Part shown: positions 16,783-25,300 of the stretch, in pieces | Numbering within the stretch: position 1 is the stretch's first letter | Layout of the letters: each line of letters starts with the position of its first letter | Virus record (IMG/VR): IMGVR_UViG_3300025652_000047 | Location: 14,948 to 78,947 of that record | Direction: 5' to 3' (one strand) | Origin: a virus | Length of the DNA: 64,000 nucleotides | Notes under the pieces: generated by a model | What the model saw: only the letters and a program-made list of their open reading frames with translations | Told to the model about the DNA's origin: nothing | Database searches by the model: none | Position numbers and translations under genes: made by a program

Positions 16783-17100
16783 CTAGAAGTTAGTGACGCT
16801 GTCCTCCCAGACCACGTGGTGGTTGGTGTACGAAGTCCCTTGGACGACTTCCATTTCGCCAGTAGTCTGGTTCGGAACTTTTTTAGGTTGCGCTACCACA
16901 ACTTTAGTGCGAAGCTCGAACTTGTCACCGTTAGGCACTAGTCTTTTGGCGAAAGACTCAGCGTTAAAGCTGATTCGAGTCCTAGTCTCGTTAATCCACT
17001 GAGACTGATAGCCGTTAGGCTTACCTGTTTCACGGTCAAGCTCAGGCTTAGTGCCAAATGAAGTAATGTCTAATTTTGCTTTGATTTCAGAAAGTGTCAT
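16783..17100 (-). CDS. First gene of the leftward arm; hypothetical, unusually GC-rich
   Basis: 105 aa; followed by hairpin GAACTCTACCC/GGGTAGGGTTC. Confidence 0.7.
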   Translation of the reverse strand: MTLSEIKAKLDITSFGTKPELDRETGKPNGYQSQWINETRTRISFNAESFAKRLVPNGDKFELRTKVVVAQPKKVPNQTTGEMEVVQGTSYTNHHVVWEDSVTNF

Positions 17101-17214
17101 AGTTGTTGTATTTAGTAATTTGTAAATGCAATATGACCTCAGGGGTCATCCTCGCTAGTAATTAGCAATGGGCTATTGTTTGTTATACATGAACCCAAGT
17201 TTCCCTAGCGATTT

Positions 17215-17300
17215 GGTTTTTTTTAAAAATTTTTTTTTTTTTCTTATCCATCCAAGGGGGTTACTATAGGGATTGGATGGATGGATGGGGGGGGTTTGGT
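17215..17300. other. Strand-switch region with homopolymer tracts and an inverted repeat (candidate origin or genome terminus)
   Basis: T-runs, ATCCATCCAA...TTGGATGGAT inverted repeat and a G-run, lying between the divergent arms. Confidence 0.35.
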
Positions 17301-17496
17301 TTATACTATATGTCGCTGGAAAACACGTAAAAAACAGCGGAGGGTATATTTTAGGCGACTATTTCGGCTATTTTTCTAATTTACAAATAATTAAATTTAG
17401 ATTTCCATTAATTTATTCTCATATAATAAGCTATACCCTAGGTGGTTATTGACTTTACGGTTAATTAATTTTTTTTAAAAATAATTGCTTAAAAAC

Positions 17497-17527
17497 TTGC
17501 ATATGTCAAATGTTTGTTTTATATTTA
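17497..17527 (+). promoter_or_regulatory. Bacteroidota sigma-ABfr-type promoter for the rightward arm
   Basis: TTG (17497-99), 20-nt spacer, then TATATTTA, one mismatch from the -7 consensus TAnnTTTG; AT-rich upstream. Confidence 0.5.
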
Positions 17528-17874
17528 CATCTGTTATATTAGTTCAACTACTAATTACATCTTGGTTAATAGCATCTATCCTTATAGAAAGCACAAGATC
17601 AGAAGTTGGGTTGTAGGCTATGCTCTTGAGATAATAGAGGAACATAATGGCTAAGATGTCCCCAATAATAACAAAAATTGCCTGTATATAATACTTAGGG
17701 AGGAATAATACTAAGGGTTGATATAGAAGTACCTCTGTGGGTGTAGGATTAAGTTCTAACGTACAGTAAGTGGAAATTACAGGTTAATATCGGATTTAAG
17801 AAATTAGATCTCAAAAAAGATAAAAATTTTTAGGGGGATTCTTGAGTTTAGTTAAGAACAAAAAATATAAGATT

Positions 17875-18258
17875 ATGGAATTAAATTTATTAAACAAGCG
17901 GTTAAGTGACAAGACTAGCAAGGATGTTAGTGAGTTACAATTTTACAGGTATTTTTTACTTATATTAAATGAGTCCCAGGGTATATTAACTACTAAGCAG
18001 TTGGATATGGTATCTTATATGATGTCTAAGGGTACTTCTTTTAAATGCAAGGGTAGTGGCATATTAGACATTATGAATAAGGAGTTGTACATGAGTAAGC
18101 AGCATATATCAAATGTTAGGAGTCAGTTAATAAAGAAGGAGATAATTAACGAGGACGGTAGTTTATCTAAGTTATTTGCGCCTTTAGTGCATTTAGTGGA
18201 CCAAAAGAGAGAGATTAAATTAGTATTACCAATGAAGATTAAAGAAAATGAGTATTAG
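17875..18258 (+). CDS. Putative winged-helix/HTH DNA-binding protein
   Basis: LTTKQLDMVSY...MSKQHISNVRSQLIKKEII; the ATG at 17875 is preferred over the TTG at 17842. Confidence 0.55.
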   Translation: MELNLLNKRLSDKTSKDVSELQFYRYFLLILNESQGILTTKQLDMVSYMMSKGTSFKCKGSGILDIMNKELYMSKQHISNVRSQLIKKEIINEDGSLSKLFAPLVHLVDQKREIKLVLPMKIKENEY

Positions 18259-18490
18259 AGACAACATTGATGACTTATACAGAGTTTATCAGTTAGAGCA
18301 TGGTGCGATCCCTGAGATGTTAATTATGAATCATTATGATTACTTATCCTTTAAGGATGAGATGGGGGTTGATTTTTTAGATGAGATTGACCATTACCAT
18401 GGTTTACAGATAAGGGTAGAGGAAGAATCAGAGACTAGATTAGAGAGTTATGCGACTTACGAGCCAAGAGACGATTATTACTATGACTAG
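18248..18490 (+). CDS. Hypothetical acidic protein
   Basis: 80 aa, overlaps neighbours. Confidence 0.6.
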   Translation: MSIRDNIDDLYRVYQLEHGAIPEMLIMNHYDYLSFKDEMGVDFLDEIDHYHGLQIRVEEESETRLESYATYEPRDDYYYD

Positions 18491-18668
18491 TAAAGAGACA
18501 GGTTATCCTGTTGAATTAGTGGAGTATGTGTATAGAAACTTTTACGCTACTTTGAGGAGTATGTTAACTAATAGGGTAGCCGACTTCATAAAATTAGAGA
18601 AATTTTTAAAATTTAAAGACGATGAAAAAGAACAATATGCTAGAAGGATTAAATCTAGCGGAGAATGA
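18450..18668 (+). CDS. HU/IHF-like small DNA-binding protein
   Basis: Helical N-terminus IITMTSKETGYPVELVEYVY followed by IKLEKFLKF; IHF-like genes occur in crAss-like capsid modules. Confidence 0.5.
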   Translation: MRLTSQETIITMTSKETGYPVELVEYVYRNFYATLRSMLTNRVADFIKLEKFLKFKDDEKEQYARRIKSSGE

Positions 18669-19185
18669 GAGTGAGAGGTCCTATGTAGAGGATCAGGTAT
18701 TTACGTTACAGGATGTAGAGGATGTAGCTACTTATAATAAGAACATTAAGGATTTTGATCCTATGTATAATAATTTAGAGAGTATTAATTACAACATACT
18801 TGTTAGGGCGTATAAGACATCTCCAGTAGAGGAAGATGGGGTATTTATACCACCTACTAGAAATATAGAGGTATCTACTGCTGGGGGCAAGGGAGTTTGG
18901 ACTACTGTAGCTGATCCTTGGTTATTTAGTCAGAAGGTAGTTGCGGTATCTGGATTAAAGACTGATAGGAAGGATATAGTACCAGGAGAGGAGTTAATTA
19001 TTAGTCAGGCTATGATAGGTATTACACCTACTGGGGATGCTGACAATGTGACTTTAAATTTAAAGAATTCATTTATTCATCCTGAATCAGGACTTTCGGG
19101 TATGCCTACAGATCCAGCTAACAAGCATCATGGCTACTTTTTAATCCCTGTTTCACAATTATTATTTTCATGTGGAGTAAAATAA
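18622..19185 (+). CDS. Enlarged GroES-like co-chaperonin
   Basis: GroES-like pattern NILVR...GVFIP...KVVAVS...IVPGEELII...YFLIP, with extensions. Confidence 0.55.
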   Translation: MKKNNMLEGLNLAENESERSYVEDQVFTLQDVEDVATYNKNIKDFDPMYNNLESINYNILVRAYKTSPVEEDGVFIPPTRNIEVSTAGGKGVWTTVADPWLFSQKVVAVSGLKTDRKDIVPGEELIISQAMIGITPTGDADNVTLNLKNSFIHPESGLSGMPTDPANKHHGYFLIPVSQLLFSCGVK

Positions 19186-19430
19186 AATATGCTTGGCATA
19201 ATCCTATTAACGTCTTGTATTTTATACAGGGGTGTTTAAACTGGTTGATTATGAAGTTAACAGGAGTGCCTATAGGTCATAGTAAATATATTAATAAACG
19301 ATTAGGAGCTAAGGAGTGTTTAGAGAATGGAGTATGTTTAGAATGTGGGTGTAACACTAATTTGATGTTACTTTCATCTAAGCCATGTCCAAAGCGCACA
19401 TATTCTCCTGATGAAAAGCCTTGTTATTAA
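19170..19430 (+). CDS. Small Cys-rich (zinc-binding) protein
   Basis: ECLENGVCLECGC...PC motif. Confidence 0.6.
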   Translation: MWSKIKYAWHNPINVLYFIQGCLNWLIMKLTGVPIGHSKYINKRLGAKECLENGVCLECGCNTNLMLLSSKPCPKRTYSPDEKPCY

Positions 19431-19726
19431 TGTGGGATGCAGAGATTAAAGACCTAGGAGATGTCCAGGCAACGGTAAAGCAGACAATAGTATATACGTA
19501 TACAGGAGACAAGAAGATTAAATCAGTAAGGACCTCATGTGGGTGTACTGTAGCTTCTTATCCAAAAACAGATACAGGATATACTATTAATGCACAATTT
19601 ACACCTAAGCACAGTAGTAAAGACTACAAGAAGAATGGGAGTATAACGGTTACTTTTACAGACAATATAATAAAAATATTAAAATTTAAATCAAATGTTA
19701 AGACAAACAATGGTCCAGGAAATTAA
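19421..19726 (+). CDS. DUF1573-like Ig-fold protein
   Basis: IKSVRTSCGCTVA signature. Confidence 0.75.
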   Translation: MLLMWDAEIKDLGDVQATVKQTIVYTYTGDKKIKSVRTSCGCTVASYPKTDTGYTINAQFTPKHSSKDYKKNGSITVTFTDNIIKILKFKSNVKTNNGPGN

Positions 19727-19889
19727 CTGGAAATCAGATAAGATAGCTAATACAAAGGAAACAATTAGTAAATATTTATTTGGGTGGAACTATAGGACTT
19801 TTATAAATGAGACACATAATATTAACTGGGAGGCTTCAAAGGAGGACAATATTCCTGGGATAGTTCAAGGATTTAAGAATGGCTACTAA
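19695..19889 (+). CDS. Hypothetical protein
   Basis: 64 aa, overlaps neighbours. Confidence 0.45.
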   Translation: MLRQTMVQEINWKSDKIANTKETISKYLFGWNYRTFINETHNINWEASKEDNIPGIVQGFKNGY

Positions 19890-20445
19890 GGGTTGGACTC
19901 CTGATACTAACTGTTGGAAAGCTAATCCACATTTTATTACTATGCGTCCTTTTTCAGAGTTATATGAAACTGATGAAGGGGGAATATTATCTAGTAATTA
20001 TATGTGGATGGTTATTCTTATGGAGGAGAATGATGAGGAGATAAACCCACAGTATAGCTTACCTGAAGAAACTAGGATACAGAATGCAAAAGACAAGTTC
20101 TTTCCTAAGTTCAACAAAGACTTTGAGTTATATATGGGTTGCAAGTTACAATATTCAGACCAGACTATGTCTTTTGCACAGAGGGCTGTAAAGTTACATC
20201 AAGACCAGATAAAGAGGTATCAAGAGTTTATAGACAATACAGAGCTTACTTTAGATACTCCTGATACAGAGGGAAAGATGAGAATTATACCTGGAACAAT
20301 AAAGCAGGTAGCTGCATTATCAAAGACTATAACTGGATTATTTAAAGAGTTAAAAGATTTAGAAGTATTATGGCAACTAGAAAAGACGGAAGCACAATTA
20401 AAGGGAGGAAGGAAATTGACAGCTTCAGAGAAGGGTTTGATATAA
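19879..20445 (+). CDS. Conserved phage protein (possible terminase small subunit)
   Basis: Helical; C-terminal KGGRKLTASEKG motif; upstream of the terminase. Confidence 0.5.
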   Translation: MATKGWTPDTNCWKANPHFITMRPFSELYETDEGGILSSNYMWMVILMEENDEEINPQYSLPEETRIQNAKDKFFPKFNKDFELYMGCKLQYSDQTMSFAQRAVKLHQDQIKRYQEFIDNTELTLDTPDTEGKMRIIPGTIKQVAALSKTITGLFKELKDLEVLWQLEKTEAQLKGGRKLTASEKGLI

Positions 20446-20690
20446 AATTTAATATTCCTTTAGATTTTATTGCAGTATTAGAAAATGGTAATGTAATAAC
20501 AGATGGTAACAGGACTTACTATTTAAGATTAGAGGATATTATAATGGTAGAGAGGAATTCTGAAGGCGTAGAACAAGACTCTTTTATATATAAAATTGAA
20601 GATGCTCCTCTCTATGTAAAAAATCATTATATAGATTTATTAAAAATGAATTTGGAAAGATTAGGAGTTAATTTAAAGCAAAAAGATTAA
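20370..20690 (+). CDS. Hypothetical protein; start uncertain (possible -1 frameshift extension)
   Basis: The only early ATG lies 76 nt inside the upstream gene. Confidence 0.45.
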   Translation: MATRKDGSTIKGRKEIDSFREGFDIKFNIPLDFIAVLENGNVITDGNRTYYLRLEDIIMVERNSEGVEQDSFIYKIEDAPLYVKNHYIDLLKMNLERLGVNLKQKD

Positions 20691-20691
20691 C

Positions 20692-20997
20692 ATGATAATA
20701 AGCGCATTAAAAAGAAAAGGATTTATGTTAATGAATTCTACAGGATTTACAGATGAACTATGGAGTCCTGAAAATAACTTTATTATACATGTAGATTGGG
20801 TTACTAATAATCAAATCACAGTTATAGGTAGAAGTAAAGCAGGAGGATCTAATCAATATCTATTTAATAACCCAATAGATTTTGAAAAGTGGATTAACAG
20901 TAATTTTAAAGATCCTAGACATAAGGTTATAAGATATACTGATCACAATAATAAGAAAGTTGAAATTAATAATGAAAGATATGAATACCCATTATGA
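20692..20997 (+). CDS. Hypothetical protein
   Basis: 101 aa in the operon. Confidence 0.6.
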   Translation: MIISALKRKGFMLMNSTGFTDELWSPENNFIIHVDWVTNNQITVIGRSKAGGSNQYLFNNPIDFEKWINSNFKDPRHKVIRYTDHNNKKVEINNERYEYPL

Positions 20998-21281
20998 TAA
21001 AAGCACATAGCGAATACGTTAAGAAAATGAAGACTAATAGTAATCAACAAGCAATTATACAAGACCATTTTTCTAAATCAATACCTTGGAGTGGAAATAT
21101 GACTACTAAAATGATGGAAGAAGCTTTAGATTTTTATGGTAAGAATGCAATAGAACAAAGCGGTAAAGGGGTTGTTATAGAAGTAACCAACCCAAGATTA
21201 TATGAATGGTACATGGAGAAACAAAAGCAAGAAGTAGCACCATTAGATGTATTTTATAAAAACCATAAAGACAGCGAATGA
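20994..21281 (+). CDS. Hypothetical protein
   Basis: 95 aa; ATGA overlaps on both sides. Confidence 0.6.
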   Translation: MIKAHSEYVKKMKTNSNQQAIIQDHFSKSIPWSGNMTTKMMEEALDFYGKNAIEQSGKGVVIEVTNPRLYEWYMEKQKQEVAPLDVFYKNHKDSE

Positions 21282-21625
21282 TAACACTAGCAGGAGAATT
21301 AAAAGGAATAAAACAATTAGTAGACGGTAGTTTAACTATTCCAATACACACACAAGAGCTTAGTCCAGAAAAAATGGCAGCAATATTTACCATGAGTAAA
21401 TTCTGTTACATAGGATTAAAGCCAGAAGCATTTACAGCAAAGGAGTTATCTGATTTAGATAATATGAAGTCAGATGCTTCATTTGGACAGACCTTATCAA
21501 AGAGAATGAGGAATACATTATATGTAGTATATAAGAAGAGTAATATAGATGAATCTTTTGAAAACTACTATTCCAGACGAATGAGTGATTTAATTGAATT
21601 AATAAAAGATGAGATAGATGAGTGA
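21278..21625 (+). CDS. Conserved hypothetical phage protein
   Basis: DGSLTIPIHTQELSPE...SKRMRNTLY pattern. Confidence 0.65.
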   Translation: MITLAGELKGIKQLVDGSLTIPIHTQELSPEKMAAIFTMSKFCYIGLKPEAFTAKELSDLDNMKSDASFGQTLSKRMRNTLYVVYKKSNIDESFENYYSRRMSDLIELIKDEIDE

Positions 21626-21887
21626 TGAATTAGATAAAACATATGGGGAAAGGATATATGGAGTATCTTATGATGTACCCCCAGATGATATAGTATCTGA
21701 GATTAAATACAATACTGCTAAGTTAGCTGACTCATGGGCTGACATAATGGAAAGTTCTACTTTAGATATGAAAGACCAAGATATGGATGCTCAAGCAAAC
21801 ACTATGGTTAAAGTAGATTATATAATTAGGGCTTTAGAAAAGTTAGAAGAGTGTAGTTTTTTAGCAGTAAAATCACAGTATATATGA
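21618..21887 (+). CDS. Helical-hairpin protein, Acb2/Tad1-like candidate
   Basis: TYGERIYGVSYD...DIVSEIK...ALEKLEECSFLAVKS resembles the G-x-x-FNPS...MWAVKA hairpin proteins. Confidence 0.4.
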   Translation: MSDELDKTYGERIYGVSYDVPPDDIVSEIKYNTAKLADSWADIMESSTLDMKDQDMDAQANTMVKVDYIIRALEKLEECSFLAVKSQYI

Positions 21888-22171
21888 AAGAAATAGAGTT
21901 GGCTGGAGCTAAATGGTGTGTACCATGTAAGAATACTAAAGATAATATATCTAAAGTAGCTTATCAAATGGGTGCAAATATGACTTACCATGACTTAGGA
22001 GCTAAAGAACATCTACATAGAAACCTAGGAGATTTAAAAGATAGAGGATATATTATGGGTAATTTAGTAGGTATACCTATGTTTTTTGTAGATAAAAAGC
22101 AGATACCAGGTCCTACAAGTTTAGAAATGTCAGACATATATATTTGGATTACAGACAATTATAGTACTTAA
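21884..22171 (+). CDS. Thioredoxin/glutaredoxin-like protein
   Basis: WCVPC active site and cis-Pro motif GIPMF. Confidence 0.8.
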   Translation: MKEIELAGAKWCVPCKNTKDNISKVAYQMGANMTYHDLGAKEHLHRNLGDLKDRGYIMGNLVGIPMFFVDKKQIPGPTSLEMSDIYIWITDNYST

Positions 22172-22271
22172 GAAATACATTCGTGCAGGATAGTTTCTGG
22201 TTGTACTATCTGTAAATTCAAACAACTTAATAGGTGAATAGCAGGAGAGGCTCGAAGCTCTCCTGCGTTTT

Positions 22272-22343
22272 GGCTTAGTAGCTCAACTGGAAGAGCCCTA
22301 CCTTTTAAGTAGGAAGATATAGGTTCGACTCCTATCTAAGCCA
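22272..22343 (+). tRNA. tRNA-Lys (anticodon TTT); no encoded CCA
   Basis: Acceptor GGCTTAG/CTAAGCC; D-arm GCTC/GAGC; anticodon arm CCTAC-CTTTTAA-GTAGG; T-arm ATAGG-TTCGACT-CCTAT. Position 26 appears to be missing. Confidence 0.85.
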
Positions 22344-22368
22344 CAATAATATAACGTATGAAAAACGT

Positions 22369-25300
22369 ATGAAAGAATATAAACATTGGAATTGTGGGCA
22401 GCCTGACTGGATAAAGATAGATAATATAAAAGAATTTAATCTAGATGAGGTAAAGATATTCCACCCACAAGATCCTAGATATGTAGAGTATTGGAAGCAA
22501 GAGAAGAAGTACTGTATAGAAGGCAGGTGGGAAAGACAATTTGGAGGATGGATGCATATGCCAGGTTGTTTATATTTCTATGGTAAGTTTGGTATAATTG
22601 TAGATACAGACAAGTTTACAAAAGTAACTGAAAAAATTAAACCCCTAATCCAGGACTTAGAGTTTGAACAAGCTTTTATGTTTTGGGAAGCTAGGGGTTT
22701 TTCTGGGTATATAGATGACGATGAATATACCTCAGATAACATGTGGTTCAAATTCAATGAGAAAGGATTACCTACCACAGAAGAGATAGAGAAAATGGGA
22801 GATTCCCAAAGAACTGCAGTTCTTAACCTTATAAATAATAATGGTAATTTAAAGGAATATCTAACACCAAGAAAGAATTTAAGAAGAATTGCAGAGAAGC
22901 CTTTAGGTAGACCTTTGTTTCAAAATGATGCAAAGAATAAAGATACTATGGGTTGTCATGCTAAAGATAGTAAATTTAGAATGTATGATGGTTCTGTTAA
23001 AGAAGTATTTGATATAAAAATTGGGGATGCTTTAATGGGTCCCGATAGTTCTCCAAGAGAAGTTAATGAAATATTAACTGGAGAGAATGTTATGGTTAAA
23101 ATTACTCCTAAATATGGAGACGCTTTTAAAATAACTCCAAATCATATTCTTAGAGTTAGGGAAACTAATAAACATACAAATGAAAAATTAGAATATGATT
23201 TACCTGTTTGGGAATATTTAAACAAATCAGATTCTAAAAAATCATTTATAGAAATAATAGATAGAAATAAAATTGAATATCCTGAAGTACCTTTAGTTTT
23301 AGACCCTTACTTTATAGGACTATGGTTAGGAGATGGGTTTAAAAGAGAGAAATTAATATGTATTAATCAAGGTAAAGATAAAGAAATTTTAAATTGGTTA
23401 TTAGAATATTGTAACTCTAAAGATAATTTGTCATATACTACTTCCGTATCTAAAAACGGTTTATCAAATGGTTTTACAACTAGATTTAGATTAACAGATT
23501 CTAATTTATCAGGTAAAGGAAATTATTGGGCTAAAACTTTTAGAAATAACAAACACATACCTAATGAGTATCTTATTAATAGTTTAGATAATAGATTAAA
23601 ATTATTAGCAGGGTATATTGATTCTGATGGATGTTACGAAAAAAAATCAAATAGATATACAATTACGTCTGTAGATTTAGATTTATTAACCCAAACGCAA
23701 GAGTTAGCAAGATCCTGTGGATTTAGAGCAGAGATAAATAAACCTAGTAAAACTGGTATTACTGATTCTTTAAAATATAACTTAAGAATTATAGGAGATA
23801 TTAATTCTATTCCAGTGAAATTAAGTTATAAAAAAGCAACAGGAATTAGAGAAAAATTCCATAGAAATACATTTACAACTCAAGTATTACCTCCTGAAAA
23901 GTTCTATGGAGTAGAAGTTGATAAAGATCATTTGTATATGCTTGCTGATGGTAACAAAGATCACAACAGTAGGGGTGGAGGTAAGAGTTTCTTTGAAGCT
24001 GTTGCAGTCCAACTATATACTTTAACTTTTGATGGGGCTACAGAGTATATTATAGATCAAGTACAAAAGGTTGAGACTTGTATAGGTTCAGGAGATACTG
24101 ATAAGTCAGGAGAACTTGTACAGAAAGTAGTAGATGCAATGAATGAGTTTGCTATTAACCCTAAGCTAGGAGCATGGGGACAACAGGGAGACTCTGACTG
24201 GACTCCTAATCCTTTTTATAGGGATATGAATGGACCAACTAACGCAGGTAACAAGCAAAAAGGAGGTTGGGTACATAAGTACGAGAAGAAGATTAATGGT
24301 AGATGGGTAGATGGATTTGGAACAGGAACAAGAATGTTTCATGTATCTTACTCTTCAAATAAGAAAGCAGGAGCAGAAGCAGGAGCTGGAGGTAGATATA
24401 ATGTATCTACAGTAGAGGAAAAAGGTTTAACTATATTACTTATAATGTTGTGGAACTCAAATAGAGCCACAGTAATGAGAAATGGAGTTCAATTTGGAGT
24501 ACAATCTTTCTTAGGAACATCTGGTAATGCAGAACTAGTATTACCTTCAAAAGAGATGTTTACTACTCCTCATGAATTTAACCTAGTAGCTTATCCTGAT
24601 GTATGGGAAGGCACTGGAGATCTAGGATTCTTTATACCTGCGTATATGACGTATAGGCAATTTAAAGATGTAAATGGAAATACAGATGTTAAAGCAGCGA
24701 GAGAGCATTGGTTAAAAGGGTATTTAGCAGCAGGAGAATCTGCAAACCCTAAGACTCTTAGGATGTACTGTATGAATTATCCTGATATACCATCTCATAT
24801 GTGGGTAACAGATGCTCAGTATCTTTTACCTTATGAAGAAGCTATAGATAGAGAGAGGCATTTAATGGATAAGAAGTTATACCAAACCATAGGTACTGCT
24901 ATAGATTTAAGATGGGATACTTCAAAACAGAATGGAGTTACTTATGATATAGTACATAATCCACAGCCTTTCTATGATTTTCCAATTAGGAAGGATATGG
25001 AAAGGATGGATGGAGAAATAATGATGTATCAGACTCCACAAGAGATTAGAGGAGTTGTACCTAATGATATGTATTTCTTTGTACATGATCCATATGTATC
25101 AGATAACCAAGAAGACGGGGCTTCATTAGGGGTAACCTATGGATTTTTAAATCCTAAATATTCAGTAACACATGATGGAAGTCAATTAGTATGTTCATAT
25201 ATAGGAAAGCCAAAAGGAGGAAAAAAAGCATATTATCAAAATTTAGAGAAGTTATTAGCTTTCTACGGCAATCCCTTTAGGGGACTAGCATATGAAGCAA

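Noticed and set aside
17640-17860. Group I intron core
   Set aside because: No recognisable P7 (R/S) elements and no interrupted gene.
22184-22268. Possible tRNA-Sec or opal suppressor (TCA in ATTCAAA, 8-bp acceptor-like stem)
   Set aside because: The bases flanking the loop do not form an anticodon stem, and no 5-bp T-stem is compatible with that acceptor.
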